This document shows, in pieces, positions 31,201-38,361 of a DNA stretch of 64,000 nucleotides (the first letter of the stretch is position 1; every line of letters starts with the position of its first letter). Position numbers and translations under genes: made by a program. Under the pieces are notes generated by a model. The model ran no database searches. It saw only the letters and a program-made list of their open reading frames with translations, and was not told the DNA's origin. The DNA comes from an uncultured bacterium (lineage in GTDB: Bacteria; Muiribacteriota; Ozemobacteria; Ozemobacterales; Ozemobacteraceae): contig CAMJNS010000001.1 in NCBI GenBank assembly GCA_946407375.1, forward strand, positions 5,159-69,158, in the 5' to 3' direction.

Positions 31201-31358
31201 ATTATTGCCCATCCATTTTTACCTGGGTTTGCTATGACAGTTACTGAATTTTCTCTCTCTTCTGGTTTAACCGCAAAAAGGTTACAGCAAACAAAAATAT
31301 ATAAAATTACAAATAATAAAATGTATTTATTCTTATAGCAGGATTTGAAAAGCATCTT
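19284..31358 (-). CDS. Giant surface protein (~4024-4038 aa): signal peptide, tandem Ig/cadherin-like domains, T9SS-type C-terminal sorting domain.
   Basis: The ORF track starts at 31400 (MELIFSQ...), but M15 (MLFKSCYKNKYILLFVILYIFVCCNLFA, a signal peptide) is preceded by GGGAGAcaagATG and is the likelier start, at 31358. Boundary motifs recur (IDSRAPDF, IDNVAPQI, VDNEPPIW, LDQNPPDP, IDNKPPEA, LDTKAPEV, IDNVAPTA, IDKTAPEV, IDTKAPEI, RDVTPPEF). C-terminus YPNPARNNVTIRI...VKIYDVAGHKV...GVYIARLEA...STLKIAVLK. Confidence 0.85.
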   Translation of the reverse strand, partial: KMLFKSCYKNKYILLFVILYIFVCCNLFAVKPEERENSVTVIANPGKNGWAIIGSQIQASIIFTSDGQNTAGAVDFNGVTNPGEDQLALTQINGSNLYLGITNAAGNNALTVVPGNIDGAVTGKFVLTNSDGTEEYTSVSINVDNEPPLRNGVASCTVNGRQYTSGMALTSGQVATITQKVTSNDIESVQVCLEDIGLGTFTMNLKGEKTYVTTFIVPDNIDNTVCTCVVTLTDDAGNTTVYTGVDTLRLMIDSRAPDFVIAQTTITSSNANPNLAKPGDTLTFTAVIENYDNDSVTVTSSELKNNHGTTFDDSKLPTNLVVNATPAQGAQATFRGTLQLPTDPTCYYDNTLAFQFTATDDAGNKITREVTFAGIVDLGEFLHSDAMVQAYSENNVKIPVATATSQLYFSSFVSTTATESTTVVVDLTPIGVNASMPLLFNEDLNRFIATYSGGLNNISLDGQYVIFVITATDRNGAVLQRMTTPSLMIDNVAPQIDAFTITGATGTDGSIINKDILTMLATVSGANDYLHPVFVDFTSLDNSGIHDFTNSSGNQWRCVCTVATGTIDRDYDFVLEAHDNHGNHSRTTLTMKVDNEPPIWVSQESRLNGTLINNDSSDPFVIIGDVVNLKVTLDNEVDDGISVVIDLSSLGNYSQETMTKIGKDYTFTFDVATGTINNGIVFPMTILDNAGNTVINKATGEPMVASFPFPTLDQNPPDPQEVIITLTNHSNTEDKFPTSINTKKTIDFVLPFIREATNDDSATCTLDVTYLCKLTDGTMNYIDNTNLASVTGPTNFISMEKSAGYYHSRIVATDSVGLEEQSDYIFNLVMYDISGNKVAVESDVIKRVDLNPPVITSILVGTPGGGSVLKIGDTFTIKVYVYGNDGMPPVINLSSLNPELSEEIMNQDSVGVYSYNATIASGDIDNLVASWAITVSDGCDNSVTSYTRELLIDNKPPEAKSFLITGDSITEHQRINYTDNRTNPITLELIASESITVTYDLSAIGGSPTQSVSETISGGDYVYTFVATTTLTAEEYEDYEFTATIKDNHGNTTTVKSQKIKTVDCLVPIINSSLCGAEISARNDGLLPPKNSNIARIGDTITFYASMTSGLDAVASVSFSIDPGVATITKQMEYNSDMNRHEMSFVIKAPGAVEGGGTWGSLNLDEFAYIISVVDDAANVATPTSGITTFVAKNVYPSIASYSLVIDPDHEKTGILNIGSGTNRLTRDLLVASATLSDGAIIGTAALDLSSLGGDSNYILASITNSLVNNTGNGLDIASFIQTDYRSVYIPISIYDEAGYPCGAIHELSLDTKAPEVTSVTFDGKNLTISFSEDIYNINESKWFLVGSATIPIGATSKLDLSDTSLASWTDNFYEVVVTLGLDGQKEVANWASSPLYLEVRRDEDVAAATDNYGNWIASYSAFPITITDYTWREAPSIVNFSMTHNWPTKISFNIEFSQEMNKATFVASDAVIYVNEPSDGRTEFHDVAYDSWYVIQQADTCVWTDNKNLRIILCDSGRDWIANRLTQNPDSTLKFAQKSSANKMVKSILDKDLKLYTIESPYIIADNRQTTPIPALNILSDPVPTINLTGANLKLTFSDRVWLFSDSYRTENELKPEMGLPSITNQKGSNLHLNKITLFDLDDESKSIQLSCGSITTTLNDYASTTVNVSLTENDIVKIMDYYNISSPTNWGLQVNEDSFINMWGMGNTRYKPSSPGAVDVVETVPDETPSLIAVSVTDMPPTKEDVGNFTIDFEVTKFKAGANPIPFSTTESNNPTAAIFETSTGDRIASASFEGWSTRTVRNTERTIVTFKTSEDFTKEVDGVEAELRLYGLKDVFGDESPVLIASYVYDRTKQSETSVTGFSTASAAFIIDNVAPTATDVGPVLLGTLEAGRDDFYVDYSETMDTAYNPSLVLATSAATISFTFSRWENSDTRAVFTIDEPITATTINGTWSYELSGGQDLAGNAFVSSTTYMLIRSEVPKIVANSIQLNSIRNTIDINTVVAGKPLNFDASPDYTKISFKYQSEDTENLPHTLCLYNSSDVQIGSATITQDGVNATATITAGDFTSIPTTNSTISIKIIDIANNITDVVGSIDYYATAPDVATMSLSGAATYSQGIYYYSSTLDNMTFKARLNGNYNKPLNLLVASYSIPMSPVATMTLSTTTPSSSIYTDSFGWGFSDNLYTVMLADEAGNLHTNAAPLMFIVDNVPPSVESILPGPDDRIANTATGMATFTVKFAELMDTSSTPHLVLATTTYSTYIEMNFVGWGDDMMTASFTNAMPIGTSLPVGVYNYQVYEARDLAGNWIDSTPATCTTDVQPIGPGVREMTVLTLQPDISDEVLENRPFNPVKYNTGNSASVTFKLDYVSGPFNTPHRLLIFNESNENIATLTVSEANPGYATWRVADGIPEANATYTFKIVDVLENCSPDTGGYLKWTFKTDITVPDVTDIAFDDGDVGENTGGIKYYSSANPATFTVTTTETEDLLLIASSTATTTYIISASDSYTISFGSALPDGKYTLTVSDLAGNINDTASIAIIVDSIPPQVMGAYASDETYNPLTVIGKTAMFLVTFDEAMNTNVNPTLLLATDTGDVATLTFDAWLDDQRCTFVTDNIFDTISFPVGTASIIVSGAKDLAGNIVATATYGEVEVISESPDFSSTLTTKQILLTDDSFTNTAFSFRVEPNIATLTIEYATGKGPYALDHTLLLFDNTGVQIATHTLVDGMTEITVNEDFFGDFTPSIAAPIEYAGTFTIKLIDSVGNIATDSNNFVLNYDSILPKVTSLTLTGVSSASSDLVYYYNPDILGSLTANINLNASDALRLVVFGVSSPTSDIVATRTYNMSISDTTYIYNGKLTDTTNADIPEGTYTITAVDMAGNFAVLATDDSIGASRTVLIDKTAPEVLVATITEQLYLNSGEAGMATFSVQFNESLFDEAYQYLEIATTSYSIPCRLVRIETTAIASDTAIFETAVAVQNMIPQGTYVYHIFGTDLTGNRVEVDFGEISIKSGGPIVSSVKTISYQETTASATLESGEEYHYDDVFSFNVYPNAATMSIVLSDEPDGDPSTIYVTFLKKEIINQITQEVFVASYAVAVDANYMATFTWNAVTEPIVATSASFIIRLADVNGDLSYYAHNWSVDSEAPTFSTLAFNGGVDFPASGVVYLNPYRHTNFEVIFRDVVENTPKLRVRSSISTDTYALNSTSNNSWKTAFRAKYSRDTGNPDDLMPDGVYDIGLVDQAGNVAASDTEDLYQMIIDTKAPEIGTITLKINGITVGQNCAPSETRPLIISLETEEPATATGAYYVDVYNSGGVRINRINIVDNAGNLEASWDAKDSSGKTVTDGVYTFKVSDICGNTSVNATSTNAITAPFKAMNPAVQTGSNTVKLWFNHSIDPGSLGATPFSIKPSITISNIQIEDERALTFIANGMTHGASYTLTVGNDLRNIYGDSISPTASSAVFFADVKGPSIVNTSFENVNTQSDIVIIFDQILDKESGESPSSYVIKDASGNTIPISYVIMQPDNQSVMICASGTFIENAIYTIQAPGVKDELGNNACETSLTGFSFRGRDVTPPEFTIAAFSNAANENDIIVVALSNEELLREPKLTIIHGTASPITMTMQKNSSNNLAFMAAASLKSSNGQSGTLKVEGEDLNGNKGGSSNSFAIATVAPNTSARLTYDDKQFSLIFNEDSLKSKATVKILKRSIIKDETATGTIQTALQNEYTKMRGLRASVASADEEAANSELTPITDAYEASILSSKVNKGVVAALKVPETASQTPGLGLFYQKNGSWKFISANITSDKEIKAKITSNQVFAIMQDSVGPTIKLDESIDLSKAFETARPEFVGNIKDYGSGLDTNSLEAKIDSKLQNLSVDANGNFKFKSLSELINGKHDLTITAKDRTGNTASTGSMRFALVLPFEFKQIIQYPNPARNNVTIRIRTNSTEVNCHIRVKIYDVAGHKVADFDENDVNDKGDGNYELRWDLCNKKGKKVANGVYIARLEAINPETGKKVKSTLKIAVLK

Positions 31359-31517
31359 GTCTCCCAGAATGAAGCCAATTTGGGAGAATATTAGCTCCAT
31401 TCAAATTTTATCTAATATATTAGTTCCTGCCTAACAGATTAATTTATTTTTGAAAAAAGTACAAGCCCTTTTAGAAAAAAACACTGGGCAAAGTATAAAA
31501 AAATAAAAATATACGAA

Positions 31518-32330
31518 TCAATCAGGAAAACTTGTTATACGAATTTGTCCATTTGTTATTTTAATTTGTTCGACATTAACATCAAAAGAAAACTTTTTAA
31601 AATTCATTAGAGGATTAATCTTTTTTATAATAGTTCCAATAAAATTTCTTGGCATTGAAATACGGTTAACTTTCATTTTACTGGCATGAAACCAAATTTC
31701 TTTATCATCTTTTATTGAAAAATTACCTCTTGCCCAAAATTCAACTTTTACAAAACCATATTTTGTTGAACCTGAGAGTTCTAAATTGTTGTTTGTCATT
31801 TTAACTTTTGGATGATCAACTTTAATCTTTTTCGCTTTATATGTTAGAAAATCGTTTAAATCACTCTCTTTTACTATTATATCCATATTTATTGTACATT
31901 TGTTTACTGGTCTGATTTTTTCCTGTTCAATGAGTTTTTTCGTGTTAAGTTGTACATCTAAAAAAACAATTTTTGCACTTTCAACAATAACGTGCTCAAC
32001 AGTACTTCTATATGCATAAACCTGAATTTTTTTAAATTTTCCTAAGGCTGTATCTTGAGGGGAAATATGAATTATATCTATTGTAATGGAAGCAGGATTT
32101 TCTACTTCCTTAAGCATTGCAGATTTTAGTTTGTTATCTATAATTTGAGGATTAGAAGCTATCATTGCTGTTATAGCAGGATCAGGAACATAATTTTCTT
32201 CGACTTCAACACCTTTGGCAAAGGTCAATGAAGATGAAAAGATAATAAAAAAAGCAACAAAAAAGAATATTACATCGTTTTTTTTCATAGATGTCTTCCT
32301 AATCATTCTATTTTTAATCACATTCCTCAA
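31518..32330 (-). CDS. Exported hypothetical protein (N-terminal signal peptide). It lies beside the LptF/G-family permease gene.
   Basis: 270-aa ORF. The internal M15 (MKKNDVIFFFVAFFIIFSSSLTFA) looks like the real signal peptide, so the true start may be 32288. No recognisable domain. Confidence 0.5.
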   Translation of the reverse strand: MRNVIKNRMIRKTSMKKNDVIFFFVAFFIIFSSSLTFAKGVEVEENYVPDPAITAMIASNPQIIDNKLKSAMLKEVENPASITIDIIHISPQDTALGKFKKIQVYAYRSTVEHVIVESAKIVFLDVQLNTKKLIEQEKIRPVNKCTINMDIIVKESDLNDFLTYKAKKIKVDHPKVKMTNNNLELSGSTKYGFVKVEFWARGNFSIKDDKEIWFHASKMKVNRISMPRNFIGTIIKKINPLMNFKKFSFDVNVEQIKITNGQIRITSFPD

Positions 32331-32422
32331 AGCTTAAACAATATTAATAATATATTTATTTACTCCGCAAACGCAAGTATCTATTCACAGAGTAATTTTC
32401 CTAGAACTAAGAAAATTTCAAT

Positions 32423-32471
32423 TCCTAATTCCTAACTCCTAATTCCTAATTCCTAACTCCTAACTCCTAAT
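32423..32471. repeat. Seven tandem copies of the heptanucleotide TCCTAA(T/C) in the intergenic region between two minus-strand genes.
   Basis: Read directly: tcctaat tcctaac tcctaat tcctaat tcctaac tcctaac tcctaat. On the minus strand it is (A/G)TTAGGA x7, about 93 nt upstream of the start of gene 31518..32330. Confidence 0.8.
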
Positions 32472-32477
32472 TTTCAT

Positions 32478-33560
32478 TTACCCATTCACTTTTCTGACTA
32501 TATGTGCACCCACAAAAGCAAATATAATATTTTGCATCCAAGCAGATAGCATTGGTGACATATAACCAGATTTTCCTAAAGCAGAGAAGAAACTCATAAG
32601 TACATAATATAAAAATATAATACCTATAGATACCCCAAAACCAATAAAAGCTCCACTTCTACTATTTGTAAGACCAAAACTTGCTCCAATAATAGCAAAG
32701 AATATACTTGCAAAAGGTAGAGAAGTCTTCATTGCAAGACCCACACGCATTTCTGTGGTATCCATAAATTGACTTCTTTCATATGCTTCTATCCTAGATT
32801 TTAACTCAGAATAACTCATTTCCGTAGGTCGTTTTGTTTCTCTAGCAAAATCAGAAGGTTTTTCTGTTATTGGCAATATCATTTCTGGAACACTGACAGG
32901 GTCTGCTAAGCCATCTTTTACAGAGTATTCCTGCTCGATAACATTTTTTAACAGCCAATGCGTATCTTTATATTCTGCATCAGAAGCCGATATTCTTTTT
33001 GTTAATACCCCGTTATTATCATAATACTCAAAAAGTACTCTTTCCATTTTGCCCTTTTTCTCATAAACTTTTCTAGCATAGGCAAAAGCACCATCAGAAG
33101 TTCTTAATATTGAGTTTTCTGTGGTTTCAGGGTCGATAAGCTTCATAATTTCCTGTCGTTTTATTCTTTTAGCTTCTCTATTACTACCAGGAACAACTGT
33201 TTCGTTAAATATAAAACTTACTATAGTAACAATAGTAGCAAAAACAAGAACAGGTACAAGAATTCTATAGAAATTAATTCCACCAGCTCTCATAGCTGTT
33301 GTTTCAGAGCCTCGAGACATTTGCCCAAAAACAAGAAGATTAGCCAAAAGAACAGACATAGGAAAAGTAAATATCATATCCTGAGGTAATCTATTAAAAA
33401 ACCATCTTATCATTACAGTAAAAGAAGTATTTTCATTCACAACATACTGTAGAGCGTTAATCATAGGGTCTATAGCAATAATTGTTACAAATAAGAAAAA
33501 CCCGAAAAAAAACGGACCTATAAGCGATTTAAAAATATATTTATCAAGAACTTTTATCAT
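32478..33560 (-). CDS. LptF/LptG-family (YjgP/YjgQ) LPS export permease.
   Basis: N-terminus [31 protein letters not shown] is typical of LptF/LptG. Six TM segments with a large periplasmic loop between TM3 and TM4. 360 aa. Confidence 0.7.
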   Translation of the reverse strand: MIKVLDKYIFKSLIGPFFFGFFLFVTIIAIDPMINALQYVVNENTSFTVMIRWFFNRLPQDMIFTFPMSVLLANLLVFGQMSRGSETTAMRAGGINFYRILVPVLVFATIVTIVSFIFNETVVPGSNREAKRIKRQEIMKLIDPETTENSILRTSDGAFAYARKVYEKKGKMERVLFEYYDNNGVLTKRISASDAEYKDTHWLLKNVIEQEYSVKDGLADPVSVPEMILPITEKPSDFARETKRPTEMSYSELKSRIEAYERSQFMDTTEMRVGLAMKTSLPFASIFFAIIGASFGLTNSRSGAFIGFGVSIGIIFLYYVLMSFFSALGKSGYMSPMLSAWMQNIIFAFVGAHIVRKVNG

Positions 33561-33654
33561 ATTTTTTTACAAAGGTTTAATTTTTATCAAAGCAATGTTA
33601 TTATACCTACAAGTTTATATAATTAGCTACCACAAAATTATAAGGAAGAACAAA

Positions 33655-34980
33655 ATGAAAATAGCTATGATAGGAACTGGTTACGTAGGTTTAGTAACTG
33701 GTACTTGTTTTGCCGAATCAGGCAATGATGTATGTTGTGTCGACACTAACGAAAAGAAAATTAACGATTTACTTGAAGGAAATATTCCTATATACGAACC
33801 AGGTCTTGACGTTTTAGTTAAAAGAAATTTCAACAACGAACGTTTAACTTTCACAACCAATATAGAAACAGCGGTTGATAAGTCTCTACTTCTTTTCATA
33901 GCAGTAGGAACTCCACCTGATGAAGATGGTTCTGCCGATCTTAGTCATGTATTAGCTGTTGCTAAAAGCATTGGTCAATGTATGAAGGAATATAAAATCA
34001 TCGTAGATAAATCTACTGTTCCTGTTGGCACAGCACAACTTGTTAAGAAAACCATTCAGGAAGAACTTGATAAACGTGGTGTAAAAATAGAATTTGACGT
34101 TGTTAGTAACCCAGAATTTCTAAAAGAAGGTAATGCTATCGACGACTTTATGAAACCAGACCGCGTAGTTGTCGGCTGCGACAATGTTAGAACTGGTGAA
34201 ATAATGAAAGAACTTTATTCTCCATTTGTAAGAACTGGTAAACCAATTCTAGTAATGGATGTTGCTTCTGCTGAAATGACTAAGTATGCTGCTAATGCAA
34301 TGCTTGCTACTAAGATTTCATTTATGAACGACATAGCTAACCTTTGTGAACGTTTGGGCGTAGATGTTGCTCAAGTTCGTCAGGGTATCGGCTCTGACAG
34401 TAGAATTGGTTACTCTTTCATATTCCCAGGACCAGGCTATGGTGGAAGCTGTTTTCCTAAAGACGTTCAAGCCATTGTTAAAACAGGTGAAAAGCATGGT
34501 TACAAGCTTGAAATACTTTCCGCTGTTGAATCAGTAAATAATCGCCAGAAAAAAGTTCTTTTTGATAAACTAAAAAGACGCTTTGGCGATGAACTTAAGA
34601 ATAAGACTATTGCTGTATGGGGGTTAGCATTCAAACCTAATACAGATGATATGCGAGAAGCTCCTTCTATAGTTCTCATTAAAAATTTATTAGCTGAAGG
34701 TTGTAAAGTAAAAGCTTATGACCCAGAAGCTTCAAAAGAAGCATATAAGATTTTTGGAGATAAAATCGAATATGTTAACAAACAGTATTCTGCTCTAGAA
34801 AATGCAGATGCTTTAGTTATTGTTACAGAATGGAACGAATTCAGAAGACCTGATTTTGACAAAATTAAATCTTTGCTCAAACAACCAATTATAATGGATG
34901 GAAGAAACCTCTTTGATCCTAAAAAAATGGCTGAAATAGGCTTTGAATATGAAGGAATAGGTAGACGTCTCTATAAATAA
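33655..34980 (+). CDS. ugd: UDP-glucose 6-dehydrogenase.
   Basis: [16 protein letters not shown] is the Rossmann GxGxxG fold, preceded by [14 protein letters not shown] is the catalytic Cys motif. The track ORF starts 60 nt upstream at 33595, but 33655 fits the family N-terminus and RBS. Confidence 0.85.
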   Translation: MKIAMIGTGYVGLVTGTCFAESGNDVCCVDTNEKKINDLLEGNIPIYEPGLDVLVKRNFNNERLTFTTNIETAVDKSLLLFIAVGTPPDEDGSADLSHVLAVAKSIGQCMKEYKIIVDKSTVPVGTAQLVKKTIQEELDKRGVKIEFDVVSNPEFLKEGNAIDDFMKPDRVVVGCDNVRTGEIMKELYSPFVRTGKPILVMDVASAEMTKYAANAMLATKISFMNDIANLCERLGVDVAQVRQGIGSDSRIGYSFIFPGPGYGGSCFPKDVQAIVKTGEKHGYKLEILSAVESVNNRQKKVLFDKLKRRFGDELKNKTIAVWGLAFKPNTDDMREAPSIVLIKNLLAEGCKVKAYDPEASKEAYKIFGDKIEYVNKQYSALENADALVIVTEWNEFRRPDFDKIKSLLKQPIIMDGRNLFDPKKMAEIGFEYEGIGRRLYK

Positions 34981-34999
34981 TTGAGGGGGAATAATAAAA

Positions 35000-36001
35000 A
35001 TGAAAGTAATATTACCTGTTGCTGGTAAGGGAACCAGACTTAGACCACATACTTTTACAAAGCCAAAATCTCTAGTAAGAGTTGCTGGCAAAACAGTTTT
35101 GCAGCACGTTATAGATGGTTTGGCTAAAGTAGATGTTGAAGAATATATTATCATTACGGATAAAAACGGTAATATTATAAAACAGTTTGTAGATGAGCAC
35201 TATCCGAATATTAAAGTTACTTATGTAACTCAAACAGAGTTATTAGGACCAGCTCATGCTGTATCACTAGCTTCACCAAGAATTCAAGACGGAGATGATG
35301 TTCTTGTAGTGTTTAACGATACTCTTTTTGTAACAGATTTAACACGTATCCATATCCTTTGCAGAGATTTAGATGGTCTAATCTATTCAAAAGAAGTTGA
35401 AGACTATAAACGTTTTGGCGTTAATGTCATGAAAGATGGCGTAATAGTTGATATGGTTGAAAAACCAGATCAGCCCGTCAGCAAACTAGCTCAAGTCGGC
35501 TTATATTATTTAAAAAATGGTCGACAATTTATGGACTACATAAATAAAGCTATTCAAAGTGACCTTAGAACAAAAGGGGAATTTTACCTTCCAGAAGTAT
35601 TCAAGCTCATGATTAAAGATGGCTTGAAACTTGGTGCTCCAGAAATAGAAGAATGGTTAGATTGTGGTAAACCTGAAACTCTGCTAGAAACAAACCGTTA
35701 TTTGTTAGAACGTGCTACAGGAAACCACATATTTATCGAAGGCTGTGTAATAATTCCACCTGTCTCTATTCACCCATCTGCCGAAGTTAAACATTCTGTA
35801 ATTGGTCCTTATGTATCAATAGCAGAAAATTGCAAAATAAACGAATCTATTATCAGAAATTCTGTTATCAACCCTAATTCTATACTGCATAATGTAATGC
35901 TTGATGAATCTTTGATTGGTGATGCGGTAGAATTAGCCGGACAATCGCAGCGTATGAACATAGGTGATAATTCTGTTATAGACCTTAGTGGTCGCAATTA
36001 A
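35000..36001 (+). CDS. Sugar-1-phosphate nucleotidyltransferase (G1P thymidylyl/uridylyltransferase-like N-domain plus a C-terminal left-handed beta-helix).
   Basis: MKVILPVAGKGTRLRP...KPKSLVRVAGKTVLQHVID is the NTP-transferase signature. C-terminal hexapeptide repeats. Confidence 0.75.
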   Translation: MKVILPVAGKGTRLRPHTFTKPKSLVRVAGKTVLQHVIDGLAKVDVEEYIIITDKNGNIIKQFVDEHYPNIKVTYVTQTELLGPAHAVSLASPRIQDGDDVLVVFNDTLFVTDLTRIHILCRDLDGLIYSKEVEDYKRFGVNVMKDGVIVDMVEKPDQPVSKLAQVGLYYLKNGRQFMDYINKAIQSDLRTKGEFYLPEVFKLMIKDGLKLGAPEIEEWLDCGKPETLLETNRYLLERATGNHIFIEGCVIIPPVSIHPSAEVKHSVIGPYVSIAENCKINESIIRNSVINPNSILHNVMLDESLIGDAVELAGQSQRMNIGDNSVIDLSGRN

Positions 36002-36010
36002 GAACTTTAA

Positions 36011-36040
36011 AAAGGCTTGATTTTTTCAAGCCTTTTTTTA
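36011..36040 (+). terminator. Rho-independent terminator after the nucleotidyltransferase gene.
   Basis: aaaggcttga-ttttt-tcaagccttt (10-bp perfect stem), followed by a T-run. Confidence 0.65.
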
Positions 36041-36103
36041 TTAGTTTGATTTATATTTATTATAATAAAAATCGTGAATGTTAAATTAGAGAAAGGCAGA
36101 AAA

Positions 36104-37321
36104 ATGGATACTTTCATTCCTTACGGACACCAAAATATAACTGAAGAAGATATAGAAGCTGTAGCAAAAGTTTTAAAAGCTAACTATATTACTCAAGGAC
36201 CTGTTGTAGAAGAATTTGAAAAAGCTGTTTGCAAAAAAACAGGCTCTAATTACGGTGTTTGCTGTACAAATGGAACTTCTGCCCTTCATTTAGCTATGAT
36301 ATCTGCTGGTGTCAATAAAGATGACAGAATAATTGCACCAGCAATAACCTTTTGTGCCAGTGCCAACTGTGCAAGATTTCTTGGTGCTGAAGTTTTATTT
36401 GCAGATATAGACGACAAAACCACTATTACAATGTCTGTAGAAAGTTGCCGCTCCCTTTTAGAAAAATCAAAAGCCGAGGGGAAACCTGTAAAAGCTGTTG
36501 TCACCGTTGATATGGCTGGTTATATATGCGATATGGAAGCTTTTGCAAAACTGAAAGAAGAATATGGCTTTGTGTGGGTTGAAGACTCATGCCATGCTAT
36601 AGGTGGCTCATGGACTGATTCTAACGGGAAAGTATATAAAGTTGGCGAATACCCAGAAGTAGATATGACAGTATTCAGTTTTCACCCAGTAAAGCATATT
36701 ACAACAGGTGAAGGCGGTATGATTGTAACTCATTCTGAAAAATATGCGAAATCTTTAAGATTTTATAGAAGTCACGGAATGACCAAAGTTCCAGAACTAT
36801 TTAAATGTAAAGAAGAAGCCTTCGACAAAAATGGTCTTGTTAACCCCTGGTATTACGAAATGCAAGATTTAGGCTTCAATTACCGAATGACAGAAATTCA
36901 AGCAGCTTTGGGATTGAGCCAGCTTAATCGCTTAGAAAGCGGAATAGCAAGACGTAGAGAAATTGCAGACTATTATAGAAAGGAATTTGCTGATTGTCCG
37001 TTAATCTCTTTCCCTGTTGTTGATAAAGAAAAAATAGGTCACGCTTATCACCTAGCTATTGTTTTAATAGACTTTGAAAAAGCAGGTATGACTCGTGCTG
37101 CTTTTATGAATGAATTAAACAAACTAGGAATTGGCACCCAAGTTCATTATATTCCTGTGCCAATGTTACCTTATTATACAGATAAACTCCACGGAGAAAA
37201 ATTTCCAAATGCTGTATCTTATTACAGAAAATGTTTGTCTCTGCCTTGTTTTCCAACATTAACAGATGCTGACCTTGAAAGAATTTGCCAAGGTATAAAG
37301 CAAGTTTTAAAAGGACAATAA
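36104..37321 (+). CDS. DegT/DnrJ/EryC1/StrS-family PLP-dependent sugar aminotransferase.
   Basis: MDTFIPYGHQNITEEDIEAV..., ...FSFHPVKHITTGEGGMIV (PLP-binding Lys region) and ...NYRMTEIQAALGLSQL... are typical of the family. Start 36104 is preferred over the track start at 36074. Confidence 0.8.
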   Translation: MDTFIPYGHQNITEEDIEAVAKVLKANYITQGPVVEEFEKAVCKKTGSNYGVCCTNGTSALHLAMISAGVNKDDRIIAPAITFCASANCARFLGAEVLFADIDDKTTITMSVESCRSLLEKSKAEGKPVKAVVTVDMAGYICDMEAFAKLKEEYGFVWVEDSCHAIGGSWTDSNGKVYKVGEYPEVDMTVFSFHPVKHITTGEGGMIVTHSEKYAKSLRFYRSHGMTKVPELFKCKEEAFDKNGLVNPWYYEMQDLGFNYRMTEIQAALGLSQLNRLESGIARRREIADYYRKEFADCPLISFPVVDKEKIGHAYHLAIVLIDFEKAGMTRAAFMNELNKLGIGTQVHYIPVPMLPYYTDKLHGEKFPNAVSYYRKCLSLPCFPTLTDADLERICQGIKQVLKGQ

Positions 37322-37327
37322 AAGCAA

Positions 37328-37361
37328 AAAATGCAACAGAATAGAAATCTGTTGCATTTGG
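37328..37361. terminator. Bidirectional hairpin terminator between the convergent aminotransferase and flgN genes.
   Basis: aaatgcaacaga-atagaaat-tctgttgcattt (12-bp perfect stem), flanked by A-run and T-run. Confidence 0.6.
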
Positions 37362-37393
37362 TTTCAATATTAAAAGAAGTTAGTTGATAATGA

Positions 37394-37882
37394 TCAAGCC
37401 TTATGATCAAACAATGAGCGACCTCTCAGTTGATTATTAGACTTAGAACCGCCAGGTCCATAAGTAACAGGTTTTGGTGCTCTTGTCATAATTTTTATAG
37501 TATGTTGAGCCACTTCTAACCCTGTTTGTGCAAGTCGCTGATTGCCTTCGTTTATGACTTTGATTTCTTCAACCACTTCACGAAGCTTTGAACCAATGTC
37601 AATCAATTCATTTTTTAAACTTTCATCAGAAAGCTTTTCGACAAGAACATCAAGCTTAATAATAGGTTCACCTACTATCGCATTGACTTGTTCTTGTCTT
37701 AGTGGTTCAAGCTCAATTAATCGCTGAACTAGATTCTCCTCTTGCTCCACGGTAGCCTGAAGCTCTGTTAATTTTCTGTCAACCAAAAGCTTCGTTTTAT
37801 CCTTCGCAAGCTCAAGAAGTCTCTGATAAACACTTAGCTCTTCAGCTAAAATGTTTTTTAGTTCAACTACATTCTCGTTCAA
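37394..37882 (-). CDS. flgN: FlgN-family flagellar export chaperone-like protein.
   Basis: 162-aa helical protein, MNENVVELKNILAEELSVYQRLLELAKDKTKLL... It sits immediately downstream of flgM in the canonical flgM-flgN order. Confidence 0.5.
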   Translation of the reverse strand: MNENVVELKNILAEELSVYQRLLELAKDKTKLLVDRKLTELQATVEQEENLVQRLIELEPLRQEQVNAIVGEPIIKLDVLVEKLSDESLKNELIDIGSKLREVVEEIKVINEGNQRLAQTGLEVAQHTIKIMTRAPKPVTYGPGGSKSNNQLRGRSLFDHKA

Positions 37883-37901
37883 ATATGCTTTCCTTACGCC
37901 G

Positions 37902-38288
37902 TTAGCCTTCCCAAGAAGCTGTCATAACTCCTGAAGCCCATAACTTTTCTGCTACTGCTTCAGCAGATATATTATATTGACCCGCATCAAATAAAGCCTT
38001 TATACGAGCAACTTTTTCTTCTCTAACTTCTGGAGAATTTGCAACTGCTCCGGCAGCAAATTCAAACACTTCTACTGGATCAACTCTTTCAGCCTGTGCA
38101 TTGCTAATAGCAATGTTTAAATTAGCCTTTGCAGCATGCTTTAAAGCTGGTGCATTACTAATATTAGAAGACTCACCATTGACATTACCAAGCATTTTGC
38201 TGAAACTGTCATTAGTAGTCTTGTTCTGAGCTTTTTTGAGCTGTTCCTGATAAATACGAGTTACATTAATTCCATTAGAAACCTTCAT
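37902..38288 (-). CDS. flgM: Anti-sigma-28 factor FlgM.
   Basis: 128 aa. C-terminus ...VREEKVARIKALFDAGQYNISAEAVAEKLWASG matches the conserved FlgM sigma-28-binding helices. Upstream RBS AGGAGGAA. Confidence 0.6.
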   Translation of the reverse strand: MKVSNGINVTRIYQEQLKKAQNKTTNDSFSKMLGNVNGESSNISNAPALKHAAKANLNIAISNAQAERVDPVEVFEFAAGAVANSPEVREEKVARIKALFDAGQYNISAEAVAEKLWASGVMTASWEG

Positions 38289-38361
38289 GGTTCCTCCTGA
38301 CTCCCTGAACGTCTTCCCCCTATTATCTAGTCTACATTAGCGGAGGACGCCTCCACAATGC

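Noticed and set aside
8093-31400. Possibility that the two giant ORFs are one gene split by a frameshift, or a pseudogene
   Set aside because: Each has its own N-terminal signal peptide, its own T9SS-type C-terminus and its own terminator. A lipoprotein gene with its own terminator lies between them.
32423-32471. CRISPR array
   Set aside because: The repeats are 7-nt units directly abutting, with no spacers. No other repeat-spacer structure was seen anywhere in the window.
33595-33654. Upstream extensions of ugd (33595), degT (36074) and the cupin gene (55227) as given by the ORF track
   Set aside because: Family-typical N-termini, RBS positions and signal-peptide positions favour the downstream ATGs at 33655, 36104 and 55263.
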